From the IMG/VR virus record IMGVR_UViG_3300035670_000052, positions 62,001-119,575 of that record: 57,575 bases of DNA; one strand, given 5' to 3'. Below are positions 46,537 to 54,907 of the stretch, piece after piece (position 1 is the first letter of the stretch; each line of letters starts with the position of its first letter). The translations under genes were made by a program, and so were the position numbers. The stretch is from an uncultured virus (IMG/VR IMGVR_UViG_3300035670_000052). Its lineage: Duplodnaviria; Heunggongvirae; Uroviricota; Caudoviricetes. The notes beneath the pieces were generated by a model. The model was not told the DNA's origin. It was given only the letters and a program-made list of their open reading frames with translations, and ran no database searches.

Positions 46537-46663
46537 TAATCCCATTTGCATTGTAGAGCAAGACAAAGGAGATGGTATGTTGTTTCTCGCATCAGAGAAT
46601 CAAAAATACTTTTTCTGGGTAAACATCAACGACTTTTGGGAATGTGATTGGGAGGTTATTTAA
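46469..46663 (+). CDS. Hypothetical protein
   Basis: MRKVTVKPKSKKAKNRLCN; packed run. Confidence 0.65.
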   Translation: MRKVTVKPKSKKAKNRLCNVMGNNPICIVEQDKGDGMLFLASENQKYFFWVNINDFWECDWEVI

Positions 46664-46947
46664 TGAGTTTTTCTAAAACTGTTTCTGTTTTTGCTGCTCT
46701 TGCAAGTATCTTTGCTGCTGGTGCTACTGGTTGGAAACTTGCAGATTCACAAAAAGAAGTTCCTTTGAGTCCATTAGACCAAAAGGTTATGGAGTTGGAA
46801 AAGAAACTTGACCAAGCACAACAACCCCAAGTTGTTCCAGAACCTGTAATTCTTCCTACCCCCCAACCTCAACTGCCTCAAACATCTCAAACCCCTCCTC
46901 CTCAACTGCCTCCTCCTGCTCCTGCTCCAGAAAATGTCACTCCTTGA
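46663..46947 (+). CDS. Secreted or membrane-anchored protein with proline-rich tail
   Basis: Hydrophobic N-terminus, coiled coil, Pro/Gln-rich C-terminus. Confidence 0.65.
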   Translation: MSFSKTVSVFAALASIFAAGATGWKLADSQKEVPLSPLDQKVMELEKKLDQAQQPQVVPEPVILPTPQPQLPQTSQTPPPQLPPPAPAPENVTP

Positions 46948-47125
46948 TACTCTCAATTACCTTATACAAGACCAAGAAGGAGACCTTCAATGTTATGAAT
47001 GGGATATTAGGGAAGAACTCAATCACGAAGTTAATGATGTTGATTGGTATACTGAACAATACGACCTCACAAAACAAAGAATAGAAGACCTCAAACAAAT
47101 CAAAATCATTATTGAAAATCAATGA
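46934..47125 (+). CDS. Hypothetical protein
   Basis: Packed run. Confidence 0.6.
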   Translation: MSLLDTLNYLIQDQEGDLQCYEWDIREELNHEVNDVDWYTEQYDLTKQRIEDLKQIKIIIENQ

Positions 47126-47559
47126 AAACCTACAATCTCACCATCACTGAAAAGCAGGCACGAGCACTTGTAGATGCTACTGATTTGCTTCAAAGAGTTC
47201 AATTGGGTCAGTGGAGGGAAATTCAAGATAATCTTCCTCTTCAAAAACCAATTGATTATACAGAATTTCACCAGGATATGAAAATTATTGGAGCAATTCT
47301 ATCCAAACATATGATTGATGGTATTGATGGTGGTGCTTCCTCACTTGGAGTAGGACATCAAGACCTTCCAGAAAGTAATGGTATTCTTTATGACCTTCAT
47401 CGGGTCATTCGCAGGAAACTTTCTGTGGAACGAGCAGTAGAGCAGGGTATTATTGAGAATGAAAATGTTTCCAGAAATGAAATGCCTATCACAGTGGATT
47501 TTGATTTACCTATGAAGTGGGGAACCGAACCACTTGCTAAACTGGAAAGGGTCAGTTGA
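47122..47559 (+). CDS. Hypothetical protein
   Basis: 145 aa; stop codon lies inside the promoter repeat. Confidence 0.7.
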   Translation: MKTYNLTITEKQARALVDATDLLQRVQLGQWREIQDNLPLQKPIDYTEFHQDMKIIGAILSKHMIDGIDGGASSLGVGHQDLPESNGILYDLHRVIRRKLSVERAVEQGIIENENVSRNEMPITVDFDLPMKWGTEPLAKLERVS

Positions 47560-47606
47560 GAAACTGGCACAGGGTATCTCCACAGGTGCCCTTTTTGCCG
47601 TATAAT
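47551..47606 (+). repeat. Early promoter stem-loop repeat copy 2
   Basis: GTCAGTTGAGAAACTGGCAC-AGGGTATCTCCACAGGTGCCCTTTTT-TATAAT. Confidence 0.85.
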
Positions 47607-47627
47607 AATTTCAGTTCAAACAAACCA

Positions 47628-47798
47628 ATGGACGACCAACACACTCTCAACGTGCAGATCGCTGACACGCTTGAGAAGATCCAACACATCAATCCTGTGT
47701 TGTATGGTTTCTGGTATAGTAAGTTGTATCCTCCTCATGGCGACACCAAACACTGGACTACTGAAACTCTTGTCCATTTAAACAATCTTTTAAAATGA
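47628..47798 (+). CDS. Hypothetical protein
   Basis: MDDQHTLN; first ATG after the repeat leader. Confidence 0.6.
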   Translation: MDDQHTLNVQIADTLEKIQHINPVLYGFWYSKLYPPHGDTKHWTTETLVHLNNLLK

Positions 47799-47968
47799 TT
47801 AGAGCAATCCTTAATCAAGTTCCAGTTAAATATGGATCTTATACTGCTGAAGGTAACAAGATCCGCCGAACATTCTCCAACGGTTTCAGTTACATCGTAG
47901 AAGAATGTAACTCACCAGAGGAAGCACAACGCATCGTCAGTGATCTCAACTATCTTACAAGCAAATGA
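47795..47968 (+). CDS. Hypothetical protein (57 aa)
   Basis: MIRAILNQVPVKYG...; ATGA overlap at the 3' end, fills the gap between neighbours. Confidence 0.6.
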   Translation: MIRAILNQVPVKYGSYTAEGNKIRRTFSNGFSYIVEECNSPEEAQRIVSDLNYLTSK

Positions 47969-48252
47969 CTGAAACCAAAACCTATCCCTACCTCAAATAC
48001 ATTCCTCATTTTGTTGCAATTCGGTTGATTGTGCTTGGTCCCTTTGCGATTGCACAAGCAACGGCAGAGTTCATCTCCAACTCTCTGGATAAATTTACAT
48101 ACAAACTTGATAAACTTCTTCCATCACCTTATATTGAAAAGCAAGTAGAATGGGATCAGTTGCCCAAACAAAATCAAGAAGCGATTGAGTATCTTGCAAA
48201 AAAGCGTGATACTACCAAAGAACGAATTCTTATTCAAACTGTGAAACCATGA
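47965..48252 (+). CDS. Hypothetical protein
   Basis: ATGA-coupled. Confidence 0.65.
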   Translation: MTETKTYPYLKYIPHFVAIRLIVLGPFAIAQATAEFISNSLDKFTYKLDKLLPSPYIEKQVEWDQLPKQNQEAIEYLAKKRDTTKERILIQTVKP

Positions 48253-48488
48253 CTAAACAACTACCACAAAAAACACACGCAGAGACACTAATTAAGGTCA
48301 CAGAAGAATACACTCTACGACCCAAAACAGGTGATCGTGCTCGTGTATGTATTGCTACTCTTCAATATCTACTGGACAACTTTGCTTACAATGTTGAGTA
48401 TGATGCTGATGGTTGGGGTGGTTCTGTTAAATGTGTAGAAACTGAAGACATTGAACATCTTATTTACCAACTGCAAAAACTGAAATGA
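48249..48488 (+). CDS. Hypothetical protein
   Basis: ATGA-coupled. Confidence 0.65.
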   Translation: MTKQLPQKTHAETLIKVTEEYTLRPKTGDRARVCIATLQYLLDNFAYNVEYDADGWGGSVKCVETEDIEHLIYQLQKLK

Positions 48489-48661
48489 ACTACCTCTGCC
48501 TACTTGATGGTGTTGTAGAATACGCCAGCACAGATCTCTACCAATTCAATCATTATCGTATGATGTATTACGAAGACCACAAAGATGCTGATGTAGAGTA
48601 TCTTGTGCTAACTGATGAAGAGTATAATGCTATGTTCCCTGTAGAGGAGGATGAAGAATGA
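48485..48661 (+). CDS. Hypothetical protein, paralog of 49521-49700
   Basis: MNYLCLLDGVVEYASTDLYQFNHYRMMY...; ATGA overlaps at both ends. Confidence 0.7.
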   Translation: MNYLCLLDGVVEYASTDLYQFNHYRMMYYEDHKDADVEYLVLTDEEYNAMFPVEEDEE

Positions 48662-48942
48662 GCGGCGGACACTTCAACGATTGCGGATACGAATACTATA
48701 ATGTCTCACAGTTTGCTGATGAACTTGAAGCAGAAGTTCGTAACAACTTTGAGAAGGATGAGTATGGTTATGCCTATGAGTATCCCCCAGAAGTTTGTGA
48801 GTATCTTTTAGAACAGGTGCCCAAAATGCGTAAGATGGCAGAGATTATGAGGGCGGTGGATTACTTATACAGCGGCGACCACGGTAGCGATAGTTTTATG
48901 GAAAGGGTGAAAGAAGTAGAAGAGAAATATAAGGACACTTGA
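48658..48942 (+). CDS. Hypothetical protein (MSGGHF family)
   Basis: MSGGHF...DYLYSGDHG; ends KDT* inside the repeat. Confidence 0.75.
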   Translation: MSGGHFNDCGYEYYNVSQFADELEAEVRNNFEKDEYGYAYEYPPEVCEYLLEQVPKMRKMAEIMRAVDYLYSGDHGSDSFMERVKEVEEKYKDT

Positions 48943-48989
48943 AGAACTGGCACAGGGCATCTCCACAGGTGCCCTTTTTGCCTTATAAT
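48933..48989 (+). repeat. Early promoter stem-loop repeat copy 3
   Basis: GGACACTTGAAGAACTGGCACAGGGCATCTCCACAGGTGCCCTTTTT..TATAAT. Confidence 0.9.
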
Positions 48990-49011
48990 ACTCTTATAAG
49001 CAATCAAACCG

Positions 49012-49278
49012 ATGGACTACGAAACTGAAATCATAGATGGACGCAAAGCAGTTGTCCGTCATTTCTTCAAATCACACGAAATTCAAGTTGGTTCTCGTTG
49101 GGCACGGGCAGATGGTTCTAAAGGTTTTGTGACCGTTGAAGGTCTCAATTCTTATGGGAGCACAGACCCTTGGTATGAAGTAGTTTATTCTTGGGAAGAA
49201 AATGGTGTGAAGAAAATCTGGCAAAAAGAAACTTTTGCCTTTCAATGTCGTTATTGTTTGATTATTGAGGACACTTGA
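49012..49278 (+). CDS. Hypothetical protein (single-gene cassette between repeats 3 and 4)
   Basis: Ends EDT* inside the repeat. Confidence 0.75.
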   Translation: MDYETEIIDGRKAVVRHFFKSHEIQVGSRWARADGSKGFVTVEGLNSYGSTDPWYEVVYSWEENGVKKIWQKETFAFQCRYCLIIEDT

Positions 49279-49325
49279 AGAACTGGCACAGGGCATCTCC
49301 ACAGGTGCTCTTTTTGGTTTATAAT
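49269..49325 (+). repeat. Early promoter stem-loop repeat copy 4
   Basis: Nearly identical to copy 3. Confidence 0.9.
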
Positions 49326-49348
49326 ACTCTCATACACACAGACACCTG

Positions 49349-49519
49349 ATGACTTTTCTATCTGGACTTGAAACTTACTTTCTGTTTTTTATTGGAGTTT
49401 ATGCGGTAAATCAGGTTTGGAATTTCTTTACAAAAGAACGAACCCAAATTCAAATCTTCACCGAAGCACTTCTTTGGGCAGGAGTTTGGATTGTTTTTGA
49501 TAAAATCGTTGGTATTTGA
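49349..49519 (+). CDS. Small two-helix membrane protein (56 aa)
   Basis: MTFLSGLETYFLFFIGVYAVNQVW...ALLWAGVWIVFDKIVGI*. Confidence 0.6.
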   Translation: MTFLSGLETYFLFFIGVYAVNQVWNFFTKERTQIQIFTEALLWAGVWIVFDKIVGI

Positions 49520-49520
49520 A

Positions 49521-49700
49521 ATGTCTCTCAATTATTTGTGCCTTGTTGATGGTGTCGTAGAATACGGCAGTACAGACCTCAACCAATTCAATCATTATCG
49601 TATGTTGTATGCCGAAGACCACCAAGATGCTGATGTAGAGTATCTTGTGCTGACTGATGAAGCATACAACGAAATGTTCCCTTGTGAGGATGAAGAATGA
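49521..49700 (+). CDS. Hypothetical protein, paralog of 48485-48661
   Basis: NYLCLVDGVVEYGSTDLNQFNHYRMLY. Confidence 0.7.
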   Translation: MSLNYLCLVDGVVEYGSTDLNQFNHYRMLYAEDHQDADVEYLVLTDEAYNEMFPCEDEE

Positions 49701-49978
49701 CTAACGAAGAACTCCCAGTATCAAACGAATTCATCACATTTGTGAGAATTCGACTTGACCACGAACAAAAACAACAATTCCGTCGTTATCTAAATCTCCA
49801 TTATCTTGGTGATGTGAATTGTAATGAGTATGATGAGAATATGAAAATTGTTCCCAAATACCCAGAGAAAGAAACACAAGAGTTCAAAGATGCTATGTGG
49901 AGAGCAGATATGTCAGTAGATTATCAAGTCAAAGTAGTTTATGATGTAAATGGTCAATGTAAATTGGAGTTGCTATGA
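49697..49978 (+). CDS. Hypothetical protein
   Basis: ATGA-coupled. Confidence 0.65.
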   Translation: MTNEELPVSNEFITFVRIRLDHEQKQQFRRYLNLHYLGDVNCNEYDENMKIVPKYPEKETQEFKDAMWRADMSVDYQVKVVYDVNGQCKLELL

Positions 49979-50142
49979 TTGACCTCAAAAGATATAAAAT
50001 CACTATTACTGTCACCACAAGAGATAGTGCTTTTGATACAAAAATTGGAGACCCTATTTGGCATCTCCTTGATATTGAAAATGGAGAACGACTTGATAGT
50101 GTTTCTTTACCTGTTGAATTACCTTTGATTAATTATGAATAA
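49975..50142 (+). CDS. Hypothetical protein (55 aa)
   Basis: MIDLKRYKITITV...; fills the gap, GGAG SD. Confidence 0.55.
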   Translation: MIDLKRYKITITVTTRDSAFDTKIGDPIWHLLDIENGERLDSVSLPVELPLINYE

Positions 50143-50398
50143 ACTCTTTCAATACGATAAAAAAGTTTGGGAAAATGATGAAACTGACCGCACTTGGCAG
50201 TTCGGTGTCATCAACAATCGTTCATTACTTTGGGTGAATTATGAAAATCCCAGTAGTTTAGTTCATAGTAATGGTGGATTTCACATCATGCTCTCATTTC
50301 TTACTTCTTCTTCTCTTTTTGGAGTAGATTTTCAAGTTGGTAAGATTGGTTTGAGTTTTAACTTTTTCACAGAATACTTTGATGGGTGGGATGACTAA
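50135..50398 (+). CDS. Hypothetical protein
   Basis: Packed run. Confidence 0.65.
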   Translation: MNKLFQYDKKVWENDETDRTWQFGVINNRSLLWVNYENPSSLVHSNGGFHIMLSFLTSSSLFGVDFQVGKIGLSFNFFTEYFDGWDD

Positions 50399-50598
50399 TG
50401 TTTAACTTCAAAGAGGACTGGGAAGAACCAACTCGTAAGGCAATTCAAAAAATGCTGACTTATAAGGGATACATTCCATCCAAAGACCTCAACGAGTATC
50501 AGTATCAAACCTATCTTCAAGTAGCATCACCATACGAACTTGAAAAGGACATTATCACCGAAAAAACGATGCTTAAAGTAAATGATGAAGAATTATGA
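50398..50598 (+). CDS. Hypothetical protein
   Basis: TAATG overlap. Confidence 0.6.
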   Translation: MFNFKEDWEEPTRKAIQKMLTYKGYIPSKDLNEYQYQTYLQVASPYELEKDIITEKTMLKVNDEEL

Positions 50599-50828
50599 TT
50601 AAAATCTATTGTGTGGTTGATAATGTTGATTTGGGTTATCACGTTCTGTGTGCTTCCACTTCCAAGGATAAAGCACAAGTAGCATTAGATATAAAGATTA
50701 AACAAAAATATGATTATGCTATTAAACAACAAGTGCTTCGTGGATTTGATTACGAGAAAGCAAAAGAAAAAGTAGATGAATGCTTCTGGACTCCTTATGA
50801 AATTATTGAGATTGAGGTGGAAGAATGA
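50595..50828 (+). CDS. Hypothetical protein
   Basis: ATGA-coupled. Confidence 0.65.
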   Translation: MIKIYCVVDNVDLGYHVLCASTSKDKAQVALDIKIKQKYDYAIKQQVLRGFDYEKAKEKVDECFWTPYEIIEIEVEE

Positions 50829-51064
50829 ATAAGGACGCATACTACGACTGGATTGATGAAAACGACACATATCCAGAACATTCTCATAAGTGGATAGTGG
50901 GACTTTATAACAAATATGAAGGTGTAGAGGGACTTCATAGATACTTTGGAGTTTTTGAAACCAAAGAAGAAGCAAAAGTATTCGCAGCAGATTATAAAGA
51001 CAAATATACAAAACCAGGATTTATTTCAAGTATAAGAGTGTTCCCTTTGTGTGAGGTATTATGA
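50825..51064 (+). CDS. Hypothetical protein
   Basis: ATGA-coupled; YFGVFETKEEA AP2-like motif. Confidence 0.65.
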   Translation: MNKDAYYDWIDENDTYPEHSHKWIVGLYNKYEGVEGLHRYFGVFETKEEAKVFAADYKDKYTKPGFISSIRVFPLCEVL

Positions 51065-51261
51065 CCAACCCTGATTACCGAATTGAAGAATGCTTTGATT
51101 TTGATTGTATGACTACTTACTATGTTATTCAAAGATATAATGTTGTTCAAGCAGAGTATGTTCTTCACTCAACAAAAAGATTTGGACAACTTATGCAAGC
51201 AAAAGAGGCAATTAGGATGTTAAGGAGATACAAAGAACCAATTTATCATTATATGGAGTGA
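51061..51261 (+). CDS. Hypothetical protein
   Basis: ATGA-coupled. Confidence 0.6.
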   Translation: MTNPDYRIEECFDFDCMTTYYVIQRYNVVQAEYVLHSTKRFGQLMQAKEAIRMLRRYKEPIYHYME

Positions 51262-51264
51262 GAA

Positions 51265-51441
51265 ATGACAAAACTCTACAATCGTCCTATGAATTTCTTT
51301 GAGAAACTTTCTGCTGGGTATTATTGGTTTGGTGAATGTTGGAGTGAGTGGTGCTATACTATGAGAAGTGAAGACGGAGAGTTCTTTAACTATCTTCAAA
51401 GTGATTATGTCCGTTATGAACAGGATATGTATTATGACTGA
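51265..51441 (+). CDS. Hypothetical protein (58 aa)
   Basis: MTKLYNRPMNFFEKLSAGYYWFGECW...; GGAG SD. Confidence 0.6.
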   Translation: MTKLYNRPMNFFEKLSAGYYWFGECWSEWCYTMRSEDGEFFNYLQSDYVRYEQDMYYD

Positions 51442-51607
51442 TTGGTTGTCTGGTTTTAGAGAAGAAATCAAACAAATTAGAGAAGACAACAAACAAATTA
51501 GAAAGGAAGTTGAAAGATTGCGAAAAGAAAATGAAGCACTTCGTTCCATTACTCCTAAAAAATTATTAGAGATTGTGGAAAAATCTGTAAAGGAGGACAC
51601 TTTCTAA
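51434..51607 (+). CDS. Coiled-coil hypothetical protein
   Basis: MTDWLSG...; ends EDTF* inside the repeat. Confidence 0.6.
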   Translation: MTDWLSGFREEIKQIREDNKQIRKEVERLRKENEALRSITPKKLLEIVEKSVKEDTF

Positions 51608-51651
51608 ACTGGCACAAGACCTCACCACAGACCCTGTGGATGCCCTATAAT
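51595..51651 (+). repeat. Early promoter stem-loop repeat copy 5
   Basis: GGACACTTTCTAAACTGGCAC...CCACAG-ACC-CTGTGG...TATAAT. Confidence 0.8.
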
Positions 51652-51676
51652 ACTCTCATACACAAAGGAACTCCAA

Positions 51677-51961
51677 ATGCTTGATGCTTTTACTGATTAT
51701 CCTATTCCATCTTATGGTGATGTTGCGGGAGAAAAAGCACCTATTCGTAGAGCAAAAATCTTGACCTACGATAGAAATAAGTATTGTGATGTGCTTGTCT
51801 ATCAAGTAGATAAAGATGGAGATTTGAGAGGAACTGTTGTTAATTTTAAGCAGTTTTATCTTTATAAAAATGAAGCACGACTTGATGATGGCATTCCATT
51901 CACTGATGAAGAACTGAAAACTCTTCCTTGGACTAAAATAAGTTCTCCTCATTCCATTTGA
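51677..51961 (+). CDS. Hypothetical protein, duplicated at 54603-54878
   Basis: MLDAFTDYPI...YDRNKYCDV. Confidence 0.75.
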   Translation: MLDAFTDYPIPSYGDVAGEKAPIRRAKILTYDRNKYCDVLVYQVDKDGDLRGTVVNFKQFYLYKNEARLDDGIPFTDEELKTLPWTKISSPHSI

Positions 51962-51988
51962 TATAATGACCTCATACACAAAGGACTG

Positions 51989-52195
51989 ATGACTAACACC
52001 GCATACCAAATCTGGGAAACATTCAAAGCAGAACTTACACAACCAGCAACAGATGATATGAAAGAAGCATTAGCATCTTCTATTCGTGTGATTTCTTCTC
52101 TCATTTATAGAGATGGAGTGCTTGCAGATGAACCTTGGCATTTTTATATTGCTCAAGAACTAAATGAATATGCTGATGAGGTGGAGGCACTATGA
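51989..52195 (+). CDS. Hypothetical protein (...EAL* family)
   Basis: Ends ADEVEAL*. Confidence 0.65.
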   Translation: MTNTAYQIWETFKAELTQPATDDMKEALASSIRVISSLIYRDGVLADEPWHFYIAQELNEYADEVEAL

Positions 52196-52398
52196 CTGAA
52201 AGAGCACAACAGATTATGGATGTTTTCTATAAGGACGAAGATTTGGATGGTGATTTTATTCCAGATAAAATTGTTGTTGCGAATGTTCTTCGTAAATTGA
52301 ATAGTATTTTTGCTGAAGAAGGATATGGTGGTGATGAATTTTCTTGGCGTGTTTTTAGTGAAATTATTGATATAATTGATGAATTGGAGGCACTCTAA
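52192..52398 (+). CDS. Hypothetical protein (...EAL* family)
   Basis: MTERAQQIM...IDELEAL*. Confidence 0.65.
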   Translation: MTERAQQIMDVFYKDEDLDGDFIPDKIVVANVLRKLNSIFAEEGYGGDEFSWRVFSEIIDIIDELEAL

Positions 52399-52613
52399 TG
52401 ATTTTAGATGAAGAAATCCGTGAACTTGCTAACACCTATGGGTTTGATAGACACATATGTAAAACAACACACGACATTTACTGGGAATGTGATGAAAAAG
52501 ACTTCTTGAAGTTTGCCCGAGAACTTTATGATGAGGGTTATACTAAAGGTTTTAAAGTAGGGCACGATGCTGGTTGGGAATTAAATGAAGAAGTATCACG
52601 CAGAGGATTATGA
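52398..52613 (+). CDS. Hypothetical protein
   Basis: TAATG overlap. Confidence 0.65.
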   Translation: MILDEEIRELANTYGFDRHICKTTHDIYWECDEKDFLKFARELYDEGYTKGFKVGHDAGWELNEEVSRRGL

Positions 52614-52780
52614 CTGAAAGAGCAAAAAAGATTATGAAAGCATACGAAGCAGAGGATACATACAACTTTCCAAATGATGGAGTTGCTGCTGCTCTCCGTA
52701 AGGTTGTAGAAGAACTCAAGTATATCGGTATTACTGAAAAGAACATCCTTGAACTTGCTGATGAATTGGAGGCACTATGA
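52610..52780 (+). CDS. Hypothetical protein (...EAL* family)
   Basis: MTERAKKIM...ADELEAL*. Confidence 0.65.
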   Translation: MTERAKKIMKAYEAEDTYNFPNDGVAAALRKVVEELKYIGITEKNILELADELEAL

Positions 52781-52965
52781 TTACTCTTGATACACTAAAA
52801 GATAGTGTTTATTCTCTTCATCTCACAATAGAGCAGGATGAACAAGTTATGGATATTATAGAAACTGCTTATCGTCTTGGATGTGAAAATGGGTATGATG
52901 AAGCAGGAAGAATATATGCTCCAATTATTGATAAACTTATGACTTCTGTGGAAGAACTGAAATGA
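52777..52965 (+). CDS. Hypothetical protein
   Basis: ATGA-coupled. Confidence 0.6.
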   Translation: MITLDTLKDSVYSLHLTIEQDEQVMDIIETAYRLGCENGYDEAGRIYAPIIDKLMTSVEELK

Positions 52966-53183
52966 AAAACTTTGATGAACTTGATTGGATAGTTTTGTCT
53001 GTATTCTTTATTATAATCGTTGCTGCTACTTCTATCACTTATAGTGAGCAACAACAACGAGCACTCTTTCAACAAACATACAATAAGAACTTGGAGTGTC
53101 GTCAAGCACTCAAAAATAATACAAAAAGTTTTGTTAATGAGATTTGTGGTCCTATTCCTGTGATTGGAGATTTTGTGAAATGA
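52962..53183 (+). CDS. Small membrane-anchored protein
   Basis: N-terminal TM helix, two Cys. Confidence 0.65.
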   Translation: MKNFDELDWIVLSVFFIIIVAATSITYSEQQQRALFQQTYNKNLECRQALKNNTKSFVNEICGPIPVIGDFVK

Positions 53184-53380
53184 ACGATGAAAGTGTGATT
53201 GGAACAGTTTGTCTTGGTATTCTCGCAACTATTGGTGTTGCATTTCTTTTAGGCACTCGGTTTGGTTTTGATGATGGTGTTGTAGAAGGGAAGAATGAAG
53301 GTATTGTGTATTGTGTAGAGAAACCCAAAGAGTGTAAGATTGCTTATGATTACCTGAAACTTCAAGAGAAACAGAAATGA
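53180..53380 (+). CDS. Small membrane-anchored protein
   Basis: TM helix, YCVEKPKECK. Confidence 0.65.
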   Translation: MNDESVIGTVCLGILATIGVAFLLGTRFGFDDGVVEGKNEGIVYCVEKPKECKIAYDYLKLQEKQK

Positions 53381-53661
53381 ACCAAATACTACAAGGTTGG
53401 AAAATGGTTCTCAAAGATTATCGGCACTGGAAAATGATACTCAAATATCCTTATGATGCTTTTGATTGTGCTGTTTTCTTTGGTAATCTTGCTCAACCAC
53501 CAAACTCACTTGATGATTATATCAAAGAATTGAAAGAACTTGACCCAGATTGGGAAAAAAATTATTATGATAATCTCTGGGTTCTTTATGATGATATTGG
53601 GGAACGAATGAACGAAACAGATAAGTTGCTTGAAGAAGTTGATGAGGTATTGAAAAAATGA
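53377..53661 (+). CDS. Hypothetical protein
   Basis: ATGA-coupled. Confidence 0.65.
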   Translation: MNQILQGWKMVLKDYRHWKMILKYPYDAFDCAVFFGNLAQPPNSLDDYIKELKELDPDWEKNYYDNLWVLYDDIGERMNETDKLLEEVDEVLKK

Positions 53662-53867
53662 CTAAATGCACCTGTTCTTACATCCAAATAGGATACAAAA
53701 CCTCCAACACCAAAAACCTCAATCCAGATTGCCCTCTTCACGGAACTGATAGTGTGTGGTATAATAGTCCAGAACAAGTCAAAAAAAGAGATGAAAGGTC
53801 TCAACGACTTCGGGAACTTTATGATGCTGCTCGCAAAGCAAGAGAGAATGTAAATGAGAAACTATAA
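53658..53867 (+). CDS. Hypothetical protein, possible metal binder
   Basis: CTC...NPDCPLHG. Confidence 0.65.
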   Translation: MTKCTCSYIQIGYKTSNTKNLNPDCPLHGTDSVWYNSPEQVKKRDERSQRLRELYDAARKARENVNEKL

Positions 53868-54150
53868 GTTGGAAAAACTCCAAAATGGAGAAACATTCAT
53901 CACAAGTGAGAAAGGAAACTCTATGGTTCCTCTTATTCATTCGGGACAAGAACATAAATTATCTCCCGCATCTGTTGAGGATGTAGAAGTGGGAGATATT
54001 GTTTATTGTAAGGTGAATGGAAAGTTTTATACTCATCTGGTAAAAGCAGTAGATGCGAATAAAGGTTGTTTGATTGGGAATAATCGTGGTAGAATAAATG
54101 GATGGACTAAAAGTGTTTATGGAAAAGTGGTGGAGGTTTTAACAAAATGA
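53854..54150 (+). CDS. Peptidase S24/S26-like domain protein
   Basis: GNSMVPLI.SG...VEVGDIVYC....THLV. Confidence 0.7.
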   Translation: MRNYKLEKLQNGETFITSEKGNSMVPLIHSGQEHKLSPASVEDVEVGDIVYCKVNGKFYTHLVKAVDANKGCLIGNNRGRINGWTKSVYGKVVEVLTK

Positions 54151-54338
54151 TGGAACCAACTTGGTATATTTTGTATGATGGGCAAAGTGTAGATGGTAGA
54201 GGAAATGCAAAGTATATTGGAAGAACTACTGATTTAGAGAAAGCAAAAGAACATTATAATAAGTGCCATAACAATCCTTATAGTACTGGTTATGTAATGT
54301 TTTACACAGACACTGAAGCACACCGAATGTTTTTGTGA
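54147..54338 (+). CDS. Hypothetical protein
   Basis: ATGA-coupled, GGAGG SD. Confidence 0.6.
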   Translation: MMEPTWYILYDGQSVDGRGNAKYIGRTTDLEKAKEHYNKCHNNPYSTGYVMFYTDTEAHRMFL

Positions 54339-54345
54339 GGTCACA

Positions 54346-54546
54346 ATGATTGAGATGAGAATTGTAGAACACGAACTGGGAATGAAACCAGATATTCAGT
54401 ATCGTTTTGTGATTTCTACTGATGATGCTTCTGTTCCTTTTATGAATACATCTATGAACTTAATTATGCCAAATAGTTTTGTTTGGAGTGAATGGAAAAC
54501 TGCCGAATGGGTAAAAGCAGAGACACTTGAAGAACTGTCACAGTAG
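54346..54546 (+). CDS. Hypothetical protein
   Basis: WSEWKT motif; ends inside repeat 6. Confidence 0.6.
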   Translation: MIEMRIVEHELGMKPDIQYRFVISTDDASVPFMNTSMNLIMPNSFVWSEWKTAEWVKAETLEELSQ

Positions 54547-54577
54547 GCATCCAGAGTGGTCTGTGATGACTTATAAT
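54521..54577 (+). repeat. Early promoter stem-loop repeat copy 6
   Basis: AGACACTTGAAGAACTGTCAC...TATAAT at 50 bp. Confidence 0.8.
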
Positions 54578-54602
54578 GTTAGGACAAACAAAGGAACTCC
54601 AA

Positions 54603-54878
54603 ATGCTTGATGCTTTTACTGATTATCCTATTTCATCTTATGGTGATATTAATCCACCTATTCGTAGAGCAACAATCCTGACTTATGATAGAAATAAGTA
54701 TTGTGATGTGCTTGTCTATCAAGTAGATAAAGATGGAGATTTGAGAGGGACTGTTGTTAATTTTAAGTGTTGTTATCTCTATAAAAATGAAGCACGACTT
54801 GATAAAGGCATTCCATTCACCGATGAAGAACTGAAAACTCTTCCTTGGACTAAAATAAGTTCTCCTCATTCTATTTGA
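54603..54878 (+). CDS. Hypothetical protein, duplicate of 51677-51961
   Basis: Near-identical DNA with a 9-nt indel. Confidence 0.75.
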   Translation: MLDAFTDYPISSYGDINPPIRRATILTYDRNKYCDVLVYQVDKDGDLRGTVVNFKCCYLYKNEARLDKGIPFTDEELKTLPWTKISSPHSI

Positions 54879-54907
54879 TATAATACTCTCATACACACAG
54901 AAACCTG

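Noticed and set aside
47556..47627. N-terminal extensions of ORF-track calls running through promoter repeats (also 54576-54602)
   Set aside because: They translate the promoter repeat itself; the real starts follow the CA-rich leader
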